Virus record (IMG/VR): IMGVR_UViG_3300028833_000067
Span: 64,001 to 128,000 of that record
Reading direction: 5' to 3' (one strand)
Length of the DNA: 64,000 bases
Source: a virus
Taxonomy: Duplodnaviria; Caudoviricetes
The notes below the pieces were generated by a model. That model had not been told where the DNA came from, did not search any database, and worked only from the letters and a program-made list of their open reading frames with translations. The stretch's first letter is position 1, and the number at the start of each line of letters is the position of its first letter. Shown in pieces: positions 8,840 to 21,302 of this stretch. The translations under genes and the position numbers were made by a program.

Positions 8840-11800
8840 ATGGAAAAGACTCTTAATACTTACCTTGATGTGAGCATCTATATCTCTCATACCAGTGAGT
8901 ATCGCGCCGGCCGTATCTACACCAACAATGAGATTGCAAAGCTGGATCTGCATCTGGATGTCCCCTATGAGCAGGCGAAAAAGGAGCTTGCTCGTCTGAT
9001 GCTTCGCACCGGTAAGATGCCCAAGGTTCATCACGGTTCTACCTCTACCATGTATTCCCTCGCCGCTTTTCTTGATTAAGAAAGTATACCCCTCTTTTGA
9101 GGGGTATACTTGTTTTAGATGTATAACATCCAAAATAATGATTTGACATATATAATAATATATGATATTATAATAACGTCCTAAGAAGGACAGAAAGAGA
9201 GGAAAAGAACATGAGAATTGGAAGAATGGTTATTGATACGGACAATATGAGTATTGAGGACATGGAAACCGTTATCCGCGAAATGCGCGCTATTCGCGCC
9301 CGCAAGCTGAAAGCTGAAGAGCTGAAGACCCGGATGCTTGAACTGATCGCGGATGCCAAAGAAAACGGTTTTACCTTCATTGACAAAGATTTCGGACAGG
9401 TTTGGACAGGTAATGATTTTACACTTTATGACGAACGGACTTAAGCGCCTTTAGGCGCTTAGGATATTTGGATGTATAACATCCAAAAGTCGCTCTTGCA
9501 ATTTCCTAAAATAAGAGTATAATTATAGATGAAAAGAGAGAAGGAAAACTCACCAAACCGGAAGGAGATTTAATCATGAAGAAGTATATGGCAGTTACCG
9601 TAACTACTGGCAATAACTCTTGTATTAATAGTGCTTATCTCTATTATTCTGATGAGGAACTGGGATTGGAAATTGCTACTGTCATCTCTTATGAAGAAGG
9701 AATGAAGCAGTTGCGCCAATTGGAAAAGCGTCTGGGCAAGCCCGCACAGATGAAAATCAATCAGTTTGACCGGGAAATTGTTTACAAAGAACTGTACGGG
9801 TTCCTTGACCGGGAGTAATCCCGGTTCATTATATTTGGATGTATAACATCCAAAATCAATGCTTGACATATCATATATGTATGATATAATGATATTGTCC
9901 TAAGGGACAAGAAATAAAAGAAAGAGGGATTTGAACATGAGTTACATCACGAAAAGCAACAACGGTCACGAATACGCCAACACCTATGTCCGGATTTTTG
10001 ACGACAACACCGTTCAGCTGGTAAGCTACACCACAACCGTGATTGAAATCACGCCGGACGGTTGGCTTTCCTGCAATGGGCTGTACAGCATGACCACTAT
10101 TAAACACATCGGCTGGTTCATGCGGGAACGTGGCTTTTCCTACTACCTTGCCAAACAGCTGTATCTTGACAATAAAGAGTTCAACGTATACACCGGCGAG
10201 TGCCGGGACCGGGGCTAATACCCCGGTTTTCTTTTATACTGTATTTGGATGTATTACATCTAAAATTCATTCTTGACTTTTCCCTTATATATGCTATAAT
10301 GATATTGTCCTCAGAGAGAGGAACAAGAAAGGAGATTAAAACAATGTACCTGTTCTATGCTGATCGCACTGGTTGGATTCCTATGGGGAATGATGGACAG
10401 CTTGTAGTGCCAAAGTGTATTCGGTCTCGCCGTGCCCTGCTGAAGCTGGCGGAAAGCTTTCTTGGCAATAGAGCTGGTCGGGTATACCTTATGAACAGCT
10501 GGACTCAACAGATGTGCGAGCTGGGCCCGCGTGCTTTTGAAGAGTATATTGCACGCCACGGAGAGGTTGTGATGTATAAATGATTTCCTGTTTTAAATTA
10601 TCCCGTCCACCGCCCACGGATACTACTCTTGGGCGGTAAAACTTTATTTTCATATTTGGATGTATAACATCCAAAAACTGCTCTTGCAATTTAGCGTATC
10701 TTCTGATATACTATAGATGTTCCAAGAGAGGAACAGAAAGGAAGGAAACGAACATGAATAAGACTTATATCAGCATCAGCATTACTTACTACTCCACCAA
10801 ATGCATTACTCCTGATATCCACTATTACAGCGATGATGGAATTCATCCCGTAACCTCCACTTGGAATAAGCTGACCGTAAGCGAAGCTAACAAGCTGATG
10901 TGGGAACTGGTCAAGCTGGGCGCGAAAAATTCCTATACCGCCAATATGTTCGACAATGGCATCAGTGAACGCCGGGTTACCTTCTGGGGATTCCTGTAAA
11001 AAAATATCCGCCCTATGGGCGGATATTTTTATATCTTATTTTGGATGTATAACATCCAAAAAGATAATTTGACTTTTATTCTAAAATATGATATTATAAT
11101 CATGCGGAAGGGAGAGAAACCTTCCAAGATGAGAAAAAGAAAGGAAAGGGATAGCACAATGACAATGACTATTGAAAAGAAACTGAGAGATTTCCACTTC
11201 TGGGGCGGTGCCGCAACCAATGCCGCTAAGCTGACTCCCGAAGAGCTGGACGCGCTGGAAAACCAGCTGGAAGAAATTATCGGCGATGAAGAGCCTTGGA
11301 GCACCACGGAAGTCAATGACTGGATGTGGTTCGACTTCGAAGATATCTGCAAAGACTGGCTTGGAATTGACTATGAGGAAGTTATGGCAAGGGAGTAATC
11401 CCTCGCCTTAATTTCATTTCATATTTTAGATGTATAACATCCAATTCTATCGTTTGACATTCTTCCCAATTCATGCTATTATATATTTGTCCGAAGGGGA
11501 CAAGAAAGGAAGGTAAGACAAATGGATAACCGCTTTATGATGACAACCGCTTATTCAGACTGTTCCGTCAAGGGCGAGCATGGAAATGATTTAATGTTCC
11601 TTCTCCGCGCAGCTGCAATCTACTGGGAAGACCCTGATTGCGAGTATATCCATATCTGGGATAAAGAAAATGGAAAAGATATACTATCTTTCTCCCGGCC
11701 CCATTAAGGGGCTTTCTATATTTGATGTATGACATCCAATATATGGACTTGACTATTATTCTATATGTGATATAATGATATCGTTCCAAGAGAGAACAGA

Positions 11801-13095
11801 AAGGCGGTAGCAAGATGGTAAAGATTACAAAGGCGCTCGCACGCAAGATGTACAATAACGGCGAAGAAGTTATGATTATTCCCAGCAAAGTCCGTCCCAC
11901 TGGGATGCTTGCCAGCTGGACTACAAAGCCCTCTGATGACCCCGATGCAGATTTTGACAAGCTGTGCAATGCAATCTTCTACTATAACTGTTCCCCTGAG
12001 ACGGGCATGAGCCTTGTCTACTATGCAAAAGAGGTGGTGTGAGCATGAACGAGCTGTATGTATTGATGAGAGACAGCGAGCTGGTCGGAGTTTATACTAC
12101 ACATCGAAAAGCTACGCAAGAACTGATTTTATCCACTCAAAAAGAGGGCCTCACTCTTAAAGACTATTCTTTCGAGTTTGGGGTTGAGTTCTTTACCTAT
12201 GTAGGCGCTCTCCCGTCCAACCTTTATTGTTGGGAAATTCAAGAAGTTACACCCGATAACCGGGTGTAATTTCATTTTATCCTAATTTGGATGTATGACA
12301 TCTAAAATATTCTCTTGACTACATTTCTAAAGTATGATATGATATCAGTGTTGAAAGGGACGGGTTCAAGAGCATGAACCTTAAAGCGGTTAGCATAACG
12401 CATTGTCTGAAACACCGAAAGATACGGAGTAGGTTAAATATATTGACTGAAGCGAAGCCGCCGCCCCAATCACTACCAACTATTATTAAGCTGGAGGGAA
12501 AAATGAAAGTTGTAATTAAGTTTACTCAAATTAACACTGAAAGGAATACTGTTGTTCAGAACTGGGAAAGGGAAATTACCCTTTCATCCATCGAAGAGAT
12601 TGTCACCGCGGCGGAAATGGCTGCTCAGGTTACAGAAGCACTTTATATTAACACCAAAGTATTTTACCGTATTGAAGGTGCCGAGGAATAATCCCCGGCA
12701 ACTTTATTTAGATGTATAACATCCAAATAACACTATTGATTTTCTCATAAGTATATGATAATATATAATTGTTCCAAGAGAAAGAAAACCACTAAACCAG
12801 AAAGGAAATGAAAATGAAGACTCATGTTGAATACGCAATGAAAATACTGGTTCCACTAATGAAGAACGGTAAAATGAATCGTGAAGAAGCAATAAAAGCA
12901 CTCCATGATGCAAAAGCGTGCTCTCTCGTAACATTGGCCCGAGCTGGCGCGGTTCGGCTTCTTAATGACAATGTGTATACTCCTGAGCGCATGAAGGCTG
13001 ATAATGAAGCACGTGAGCGCCAGAAGAAAATGAAAGAACTGCGCGCAAAAATGAAAGAATTGGAAAAAGAAATGGAAAAATTAAAAAAGGCGTAA
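8840..13095 (+). CDS. Small hypothetical cassette genes: 8840-9079, 9211-9444, 9576-9818, 9937-10218, 10344-10583, 10754-10999, 11159-11398, 11522-11707, 11815-12042, 12039-12269, 12503-12691, 12808-13095
   Basis: RBS-led ORFs of 60-95 aa filling palindrome-delimited units. Confidence 0.8.
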
Positions 13096-13230
13096 AGCCT
13101 TTTTATTTTAGAATAAATACACATTATTCTAATATCACATTTTTATATTTAGATGTATAACATCCAAATAACGTTATTGACTTTCCCATTACTTCATGGT
13201 ATTATATGTACATGAAAAGGAGGTACTACC

Positions 13231-15523
13231 ATGAAGGAACAAATGACTTACCATGTAGCGGTTCAAAGAGCAGAAAGAGTAAAGCACATTATTGAAGATG
13301 TAGGTCTGGGTCAGATTATCAAAGAAAAATATACTCGTTTTAGCCTTGAGCAAGCTGGACGCTGGGTTTGTATCACTGATACTGGTATCACCATTATCAA
13401 GGATGAGCCCAAGGAAAAAATTATTACCATGTATGTCACCACACAAAGGGAGCTGGTAGCTGTGTTCGGTGGCACCAAGAAAGTTCCTACTTACCTGCGG
13501 AAAAAGGTTGATTATAATCAGAGTAAGTACACTGAAAGGGGTAAAACGATATGGAAATGAAAAAGCTGTTAAATATCACACGTAAGTTTTCCAATGACCG
13601 CCGTAAGCTGAATCGCAAGCTGAAGAAAGCTGGCATCAAGTTTGAATGGCACACCCTATATGAAGGCTATCAGTGGAGCTTTCCCACCTTTCCCGGCGGA
13701 GATATTGCTATTCACTGCGGCACCTATGGCGCGCGTCGTGGTTACTTTGAATCCTACTGTATGCCGTGGGACGATGGTGATGTAACTATTCTCACAGCAG
13801 AAGAAGCAATCAAGCATCTAACCGAAGGGAAGTAATTCCCTTCTTATAGTTTGGATGTATTACATCTAATTTTATTATTTGACAATTATCTAATTTTATT
13901 ATATAATGCTAATGTAAGGAGGGGATATTATGAGTAAGAAGAAAAACCCAAAACAGAAAACATGGGTTGAAGTATTCCAGTCTGAGCGCAAGAAATTTCC
14001 ACAGGGATATTGCGTTACTCGCATTATCCCCGACAAGCGTCGTAAACCGCCAAAACACAAGGGGAGAGAATTGGAATGAAATTTGTACAGAAAATTACTT
14101 TTGACCTTGGAGAGCTTGAATACTATCGTGATGAACTCGGATGGAATGTTGATTCTATTGAAGATGTAGCCGAACGCATTAAAGATTGGAATGAGGAAGA
14201 ATTACATTCACTTTTAGGATGCGCCATCGATTATGAATGTTGGATAGAAGAAACCGAAGCATAAGAGGAGAGATTGGGAATGACTTATGTTCGTGTAGAT
14301 TGGGATAACGGATATTATGAATATCTCCCCAATGATACAGATTGCGGTGATGGGGAGTTTAGAAACAGTTTTTTACTTCATAACAACTACCAATATAAGC
14401 GTATCCGTTTTCTACCTGAATTACCTAAAGGAAAACATTGTAAAAAAATCTATTACCGCGATGATAAAAAGAACAAAAGTAATTGAATAGAAGAAACCGA
14501 AGCATAAGGGAAGGGAGTATGATGAATGAAACCTTATCACATTTATCAAAATACCAGAGATGGTAAAATTCTCTATGCATGTTTCCGAACAAAAGAGGTT
14601 GCCGAAATGGCTTTAGAAACACTAAAGCGTCGAGAAAAACAATATCCTAAGTGGCTTCGAGCAATATATACTTTGGAGGAAGTACGATGAAATATAAATG
14701 GGTAATTATGCAGGAACTTGAAGATACTAATTGCGCGAATCCTTATTTGATTGTGGATACGGAAGAGCGCGCCGAAGAATTATGCTATAAGTTGGAATCC
14801 GAAAACCCGGGCTTTATCTTCTGGTCTTATATGTGTGAGGAGGAATAATCCTCCTATCTAATTTGGATGTATAACATCTAAAATAATATATTGACATTCC
14901 CATAACTATATGATAAGATATCATTGTTCCGAGAGGGAACACGAAAGGAGATTGAAAGATATGAACACTCTGTATGCGGTAAAGAATTTCGGACGGTATC
15001 ACTTCTTCAAGACCGAGGAACTCCGCAAGGCGTATCTGGACAGTCTGCCCGAATGGGAATCTAAGCACTGTGAAGTTTATGAAGTGCGCTATTGAAAGGC
15101 GGTGTGAGCTGTGACTACTCGTACTTATTATATGCCGAAGAATCGGATTGCTCTCCATGTTATCAACTACATGGTGTCCAAAGTGGGATGTAGTATCGGT
15201 GAGCTGAAAGTCAACAGTCAAGCTGGTACCATCCGTGTTCCCGTAACCTGTAATGATACTGATGTTGCTAAGATTGAGCGCATCCTCAAGACTTATGATA
15301 TGTTGGGAGAATGAAAATGAACGAAAGTACTAAGTTGATTGTAATTGTTTTCATTATTGTATTTATGATTTTCTTTCCTCCATTTCTGGTAATGATTGCT
15401 TGGAATGGTTTTGCTAATGGCTTTAATCTCCCCACCTTCTCTTATTGGCAGTGGTTTATTACACTTCTTGCCATTCGACTTGTCATAGGGCGAGTTAATT
15501 TCAAGAGGATTAGCGAAAGCTAA
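13231..15523 (+). CDS. Short polycistronic cassettes, hypothetical: 13231-13560, 13557-13835, 13930-14079, 14076-14264, 14280-14486, 14526-14690, 14687-14848, 14961-15095, 15111-15314, 15311-15523
   Basis: RBS sites and ATGA start/stop overlaps. The last gene is hydrophobic (membrane). Confidence 0.75.
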
Positions 15524-15838
15524 TCCCCTTGGAATAGATTTAGATGTATAACATCCAAATTAAATAATTGACTTTTTCCAAATTTTGAGTATAATAATAA
15601 TTGTTCCGAGGGACAAGGTGAGGAACCCAACAGAAGGAAATGCTACTATGAAGGCGCCAATTATAGATAGCAGGAAAATGTGGCTCGCAAACATCCGTAA
15701 CCTCGTAACAAAAAAATAACAGATTTAATGCTTGACAAAAAGCAAAAAATCTGATATAATAAAGATGTTCCAAGAGGAAACAAAAATTTGTGCAGGGTGG
15801 TCTGCCGAAACTAAACCACTGAGAAAAAAGGAGTAATT

Positions 15839-16327
15839 ATGACTAACGTAGAAATCCTCAACACTATTCTGTCTATCCCCGGTGCTAACATGGCTCGTGC
15901 CAACAAGACCAACTTTATTGTTATCCCTACTGATGAAGGCTTCGTGAAGGTTGCCGTTTCCAACGCTCTTGCGAAGGATACCAAGGCCCACAAGGCTTTT
16001 AATGCCGAAGCCGCTATTGCCGAGTATAAGGCTTATGAAGCCGAAGTTGCTCTGCGTGAAGCCGAGAAGGCCACCAAGCCCGTCAAGGTTCGTGGCGTGA
16101 ATCCCGAAGCGCAGGCTCGGCGTGATGAGCTTGACGCTAAGATCGCCGCTCTTCCTTCCTTCACCGAGTACACCGCTACCGATATTCTGAAGGCCCTGTC
16201 TGGTCAGGTTGCCGAGAATGTCACCGTGATGGCGGTTGGCCAGAGCGCGAAGCGCCTTGTCGAGAATGGCGTCCTTACGGTTGGTAATCGTGAAGGCGAC
16301 AAGAAGTCCTATTACACCAAGGCTTAA
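15839..16327 (+). CDS. 162-aa protein with C-terminal winged-HTH-like domain
   Basis: YTATDILKAL..VMAVGQSAKRLVENGVLT..KKSYY. Codon usage typical of highly expressed genes. Confidence 0.65.
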   Translation: MTNVEILNTILSIPGANMARANKTNFIVIPTDEGFVKVAVSNALAKDTKAHKAFNAEAAIAEYKAYEAEVALREAEKATKPVKVRGVNPEAQARRDELDAKIAALPSFTEYTATDILKALSGQVAENVTVMAVGQSAKRLVENGVLTVGNREGDKKSYYTKA

Positions 16328-16483
16328 TATGGTGTAATCTCCGTACACTCCCCTTCTGATAGAAGGGGAGCTATTTTATTTTCAATTATTTAGATGTTAT
16401 ACATCCAATTTTATTTCTTGACTTTTCCCTTAACTTCTGTTATACTAAACATGCTCAAGAGAGAGCAGAAGGAGTGAAGAAAA

Positions 16484-16939
16484 ATGATGAAGAGAACAAT
16501 CTGGTTCGACATGGATGGGACTATTGCCGACCTGTATAACGTAGAAAATTGGCTTCCGAAACTGCGTTCCTATGACCCTTCCCCTTATACCGAAGCAAAA
16601 GTCATGTGGAATATGAGCCTGCTTGCCCGGTATCTGAATAAGCTCCAGAAGCTCGGATATTGGATTGGAATTATTAGCTGGGCTTCTAAGGATTCCACGA
16701 AAGAATATGACAGAGCTGTAGCTGACGCAAAGCGCCGTTGGTTAGCTGAACATCTTTCCTCTGTAGAGTTTGACTTCACGCTGATAACAGCCTATGGAGT
16801 ACCGAAGGAATTGTGGATGAATACAACTGATGATATTCTGTTCGATGACAACGAAGAAATTCGTAACGAATGGGATGGCGAAGCGTATGAGCCGACAGAA
16901 ATCTTCTCCGTTCTTTCCTCTCTCATCAAAGGGGAGTAA
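16484..16939 (+). CDS. HAD-superfamily phosphatase (5'(3')-nucleotidase-like)
   Basis: WFDMDGTIAD motif I, IISW motif II, K motif III, ILFDDN motif IV. Confidence 0.8.
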   Translation: MMKRTIWFDMDGTIADLYNVENWLPKLRSYDPSPYTEAKVMWNMSLLARYLNKLQKLGYWIGIISWASKDSTKEYDRAVADAKRRWLAEHLSSVEFDFTLITAYGVPKELWMNTTDDILFDDNEEIRNEWDGEAYEPTEIFSVLSSLIKGE

Positions 16940-17014
16940 TCCCCTTTTAATGTTTTAGATGTATAACATCTAAATCTAATACTTGATTTTTATTAAAATT
17001 ATGTTATAATATAA

Positions 17015-17250
17015 TTGTTCTAAGGGATGAGGACTTCCAAGACCACACATCACGGACTTCCTACATCGCCGTTAGACTGGGTGGTTTGAGGCAGTACTTC
17101 CGCCGAGCGAATAAAAAAAGGGGATTGCTGACGCTTTGCTGCGATGGGCTAGCATGTTCTAAATAGGTAGAACTAAACTCGGAGCCATCATAAGGGGAGT
17201 GTGTGTTGCCCTTATGGAAATTAGGCATGATTAGAGTGCCTAATTTCATT
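17015..17250 (+). ncRNA. Candidate non-coding RNA cassette
   Basis: Palindrome, promoter and leader, no RBS-led ORF, several hairpins, terminal AAATTAGGCA/TGCCTAATTT stem. Confidence 0.5.
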
Positions 17251-17374
17251 TTGTTGACTTAGATGTATAACATCCAATTATAGACCTTGCAATTTTCCTA
17301 ATATATGGTATACTATCATTGTTCCGAGGGAAGACGGAACAAAAGAAATAAAAAAAGAGAGAGGAATTAAAACG

Positions 17375-18358
17375 ATGAAAGTATCTGAAACGATGACCAT
17401 TACCAAGCGGAGTGTTGACGGTGCGTTCTATGGTGAGCGCAATAATGTCCCCTATGTAATTGAGCGTTCTCACGCTGATTATAATGCCTATGATGGCTTC
17501 TATAATGTTATGAGGGCTACGGCTTTCGGCGACCGTCCTCAGCTTTTTAAAGAAATTCTGTCGACCAATCGTTATCCCACGATTTTTGGTCATTCTGAAC
17601 CCACTACGACTGCCCCTGTAGTTCAGCGTGACCCCAAGGATATTCTGATTGACGGAATCAAGCATCTGATGTCCTTCTTCAGCGAATTCTCCTTCACTCC
17701 TTCTTTCCGGTTCACCAATACCTTTGCATATATGGCGTGCAAGGGCACGGAACAGGCAACCGAGTATGTGACGAATTACTTCGCCTTGATGGATTCTTCC
17801 TATGTAAAGGAAGTTCAGCAGAAGGTCAAGAGTTCTGAATTTAAACAGATTATCAAAGATATTGCTCAGTATGGTGAACCTACTTCCCATATCAATACCC
17901 GGTTTAAGGTTTACTTTGGGCCTGCCGGAACAGGCAAGACCACGATTGCGCAGGAAGAAAGCGACAATCGGTGCATTGTGTGTAACTCTTCTATGTTGCC
18001 GTCTGACCTGATGGAAGATTTTATCTTCAAAGATGGCAACCCCGATTTTAACCCTTCCCTTCTGTGGGATTGTATGGAACAGGGCAAAACCATTGTTCTT
18101 GATGAAATCAATCTTCTTCCCTTTGATTCCCTGCGTTTCCTTCAGGGCATTGTGGATGGCAAGAGCGAGTTCTATTACAAGAACCGTCCGGTTCATATCC
18201 ATGAAGGATTCCAGATTATCGGAACAATGAACCTCTCTCTTGGCGGTATGGTCTACGGATTGCCCGAGCCGTTGGTCGACCGTTGCTCTGAAACCAAAGA
18301 ATTTGCGCTTACTGCTGAGCAGTTGACAAAAGCAATTATCGGGTGGGATGCGGAGTAA
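17375..18358 (+). CDS. MoxR/CbbQ/CobS-like AAA+ ATPase
   Basis: GPAGTGKT Walker A, IVLDEINL Walker B, IIGTMN sensor-1, PLVDRC arginine finger. Confidence 0.9.
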   Translation: MKVSETMTITKRSVDGAFYGERNNVPYVIERSHADYNAYDGFYNVMRATAFGDRPQLFKEILSTNRYPTIFGHSEPTTTAPVVQRDPKDILIDGIKHLMSFFSEFSFTPSFRFTNTFAYMACKGTEQATEYVTNYFALMDSSYVKEVQQKVKSSEFKQIIKDIAQYGEPTSHINTRFKVYFGPAGTGKTTIAQEESDNRCIVCNSSMLPSDLMEDFIFKDGNPDFNPSLLWDCMEQGKTIVLDEINLLPFDSLRFLQGIVDGKSEFYYKNRPVHIHEGFQIIGTMNLSLGGMVYGLPEPLVDRCSETKEFALTAEQLTKAIIGWDAE

Positions 18359-18483
18359 TCCGTATCCCAATTTCTTTTTAGACTATTTGGATGTATTACA
18401 TCCATATTTAAAATTTGACTTTTTATATAACTTCTGATATACTTGTATTGTTCCAAGAGAGGAACGGAAAGAGAGGAACTGAA

Positions 18484-20058
18484 ATGGAACTGACCTTTGC
18501 AAGGTGTGAATCAATCGTTAATACTCTTCCTATCGGATTCTATACTGGAAGAAGGATTGGCATTACTCTTGATAAGGAAGCAGAAACTTCCTTCTATGAC
18601 CCAATGGAAGATAAGATTGTTGTTTCTTATCCCATTATTGCCATGCGGATGAAGCAGACTCCTGAAGGAACTTGCGATGAGGAAGAAGCAGTTCGGTCAA
18701 TGCTTTACCATGAAGTTTCTCATGCTATCCTTACTCCTGCAAGTGAAATGCGGAATACCTTTCAGTTAAACTGCATGGAAGATGAACGAATTGAAACGGT
18801 TCTTCGGCATTACTATCATGGTGTAAATTTCCGCAAACAGTTGCTTGATATCCATGGCGGTCACATTCCGCAGGCAAAAGATGCGCAGAGTGCGTTCTTT
18901 AATGCGGTTCGATTTGGTCTGGGTACGGGGAAAGTACAGAAAGAAGTTAATCGAATTATCAATAAATATGCTAAAATGAATCGTAGTACTTCCCGTTGGG
19001 AAAATCATAAAGATTGCTATGGTGCAGGATACTATGAAGACGAAGTTAATGAATTGTATAACTTAGTCCGTAAAGAGTTTAAAGCACATCCCGAAGAGTT
19101 TCAGCCGCAGGGTAGTTCGGGTAAAGATAATCCTCAAGAAATGGATAAAATGGGTGAATCTAATCCCAATGGTAAAGGTAAAAGTAAAGCCGAAAAAGAA
19201 GCCCATGGTAATGGTGAAGAAAAAGCCGACAAATGTGAAACTGAAAATGGTGAAGATGGAGATAATGAACCCGAGGAATCTGAATCCTATAAGGGCGAAG
19301 CACATGAATGTGAACTTTCACCAGATGAAGTAAAGAAAATGGTTGGTGCTTCTCTGGGCGGTCATCCCGATTTGGATGAAGCACAAGTTACCAAACTTGC
19401 CGAGTTCCAAAAGACAGTTGAGATGATTATTGGCAATTTTAACAAAAAGAATAAGGGCGGTAGTGGAATTAACGCTTATTCTGGTGTATTCAATCCTCGT
19501 GCCGTTGCCCGTAAAGATTATCGGTTCTTTGAACGAGCCATGACCACGCAGGGTAATAACAAGTTTGGTACTTGCCATCTGAATCTGATTATTGATTGTT
19601 CCGGTTCATTCCAAGAAAATGTTCCTCTGACTAATGGTATCCTTGCCGTTCTGTCTGAGATTGAACGCAAGAATCGGAACTTCTCCATGGATGTTGCTTT
19701 TATCAATCATAACTTTCATTTATGCGAATCCGTCCGTGAGCGTAAAATGGTTGCCAACGGTGGGAATGATATTCCCGATGATATGAAAGAAATCCTTATG
19801 AAATTGCAGAAACCGCAAACTTGCAACTATAATATTGTCTTGTTCGATGGCGATGCAATTTGTAATCGGTGGGGCAATTATGATGGTAACAAACTGTTTG
19901 GGGTATTTGATATGAAGCAAACAACACTTATCACCGACCCTGACAATGAACAGTACATGAATCCGCCTTTCACTTCCGCCAAGGTGGTGGTCACTCAAAA
20001 CTATACCGAAGAATTGATTGACCATATCATTCATGCACTGACTATCGCCTTCGGTTAA
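18484..20058 (+). CDS. VWA-domain protein with N-terminal HExxH (CobT-like partner of the AAA+)
   Basis: YHEVSHA, N..EDERIE, acidic linker, IIDCSGS MIDAS motif, LFDGD. Confidence 0.85.
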   Translation: MELTFARCESIVNTLPIGFYTGRRIGITLDKEAETSFYDPMEDKIVVSYPIIAMRMKQTPEGTCDEEEAVRSMLYHEVSHAILTPASEMRNTFQLNCMEDERIETVLRHYYHGVNFRKQLLDIHGGHIPQAKDAQSAFFNAVRFGLGTGKVQKEVNRIINKYAKMNRSTSRWENHKDCYGAGYYEDEVNELYNLVRKEFKAHPEEFQPQGSSGKDNPQEMDKMGESNPNGKGKSKAEKEAHGNGEEKADKCETENGEDGDNEPEESESYKGEAHECELSPDEVKKMVGASLGGHPDLDEAQVTKLAEFQKTVEMIIGNFNKKNKGGSGINAYSGVFNPRAVARKDYRFFERAMTTQGNNKFGTCHLNLIIDCSGSFQENVPLTNGILAVLSEIERKNRNFSMDVAFINHNFHLCESVRERKMVANGGNDIPDDMKEILMKLQKPQTCNYNIVLFDGDAICNRWGNYDGNKLFGVFDMKQTTLITDPDNEQYMNPPFTSAKVVVTQNYTEELIDHIIHALTIAFG

Positions 20059-20210
20059 TATAAGGGGAGTTAGACTCCCCTAATTTTATTTTTATATATT
20101 TAGATGTATGACATCCAAAATAATCGTTGACAAATCCTATAATTGATGATATACTATCTACGAAATAAGGGAAGGAAAACCCAAGACAAACCAAAAGGAG
20201 TTTTTGTTGA

Positions 20211-20969
20211 ATGTCTGATTACGCCCTGATTCTGGATACTGAAACCACAAGCCTTGACAAGCCTTTCTGCTATGATTGTTCATGGGTTATCATGCAGAAA
20301 GCTGATGGGAAACTGATTGATTTTAAAGCGAATGTGGTTGAACAGGTTTGGCATAATCTGCCCCTGTTTGAATCCGCGTACTATAAGGAAAAGCGGCAAA
20401 AGTACGTTCAGATGATGCGAAAGCATGATGCCACAATGGATAAATGGGGTTACATCATGCGTAAGCTGAAACAGGATATTATCAAGTACGGAATCGAAGA
20501 AGTGTATGCCTATAATTCCGATTTTGATGATAAAGTGATTGCCTATAATTGTGATTGGTTCAAGTGCAATAACCCCCTTGAGAATGTCGCTGTCTATGAT
20601 ATTTGGGGATATGCAAGCGAATTTATCACGGGTGATTCTGATTATCGTGCTTTTTGCGAAACCTACGAACGCTTTACCGATACTGGAAATTACAAGGGGA
20701 GCGCCGAAGTGGTTCATCAGTTTCTGCTGGATGACCCGGAGTTTATCGAAGAACACATGGGCTTGTTTGATTCTGAAATTGAAGCAAGTATTCTGTTTGA
20801 ATGTGTGAATCGTGGCGCTGAATGGGGCAAGAATTACAAGGTAAATAAAGTGTTGGCTCGTCCGATTCTTCACCCCTTCACCATTAAGATTGACGGAGTT
20901 GAAGTTTATAGTGGTGAATACGTGAAGAAGTTTGTGCGGTCGGATGTGTACAATTTCAAGAGCAAGTAA
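20211..20969 (+). CDS. DEDDh 3'-5' exonuclease
   Basis: ILDTETT ExoI, AYNSDFD ExoII, EHMGLFD ExoIII. Confidence 0.85.
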   Translation: MSDYALILDTETTSLDKPFCYDCSWVIMQKADGKLIDFKANVVEQVWHNLPLFESAYYKEKRQKYVQMMRKHDATMDKWGYIMRKLKQDIIKYGIEEVYAYNSDFDDKVIAYNCDWFKCNNPLENVAVYDIWGYASEFITGDSDYRAFCETYERFTDTGNYKGSAEVVHQFLLDDPEFIEEHMGLFDSEIEASILFECVNRGAEWGKNYKVNKVLARPILHPFTIKIDGVEVYSGEYVKKFVRSDVYNFKSK

Positions 20970-21070
20970 AAAGGTGGGACAGAAATGTCCCACCTTTCCC
21001 CATCTGATATTTGGATGTTAGACATCCAAATCAAATAATTGACTTTTACTGAAATTCTGTTATAATATAA

Positions 21071-21200
21071 TTGTTCCAAGGGACAAGAGATTCCCCCCTC
21101 TGAGGCAGGAAGCCGAGTACGTAAACTGCAGTAAGTCGTACAAAAGAGCGAATCTCAGGGTTGATGTCCTCTCGCCCATTAAGCGAAACATTAACCTTGG
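21071..21200 (+). ncRNA. Candidate structured small RNA cassette
   Basis: GAGATTC/GAATCTC closing stem with inner GTACG/CGTAC stem, then GGTTGATGT/ACATTAACC stem. No ORF. Confidence 0.5.
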
Positions 21201-21302
21201 AAAATTTCAAAAAACCTCTTGACAAACCCAAGAATCCATGATATAATAACTACGAAAGATGAAGAGAAGGAAAACTCTTACAAAACCAGAAAGGATACCG
21301 CT

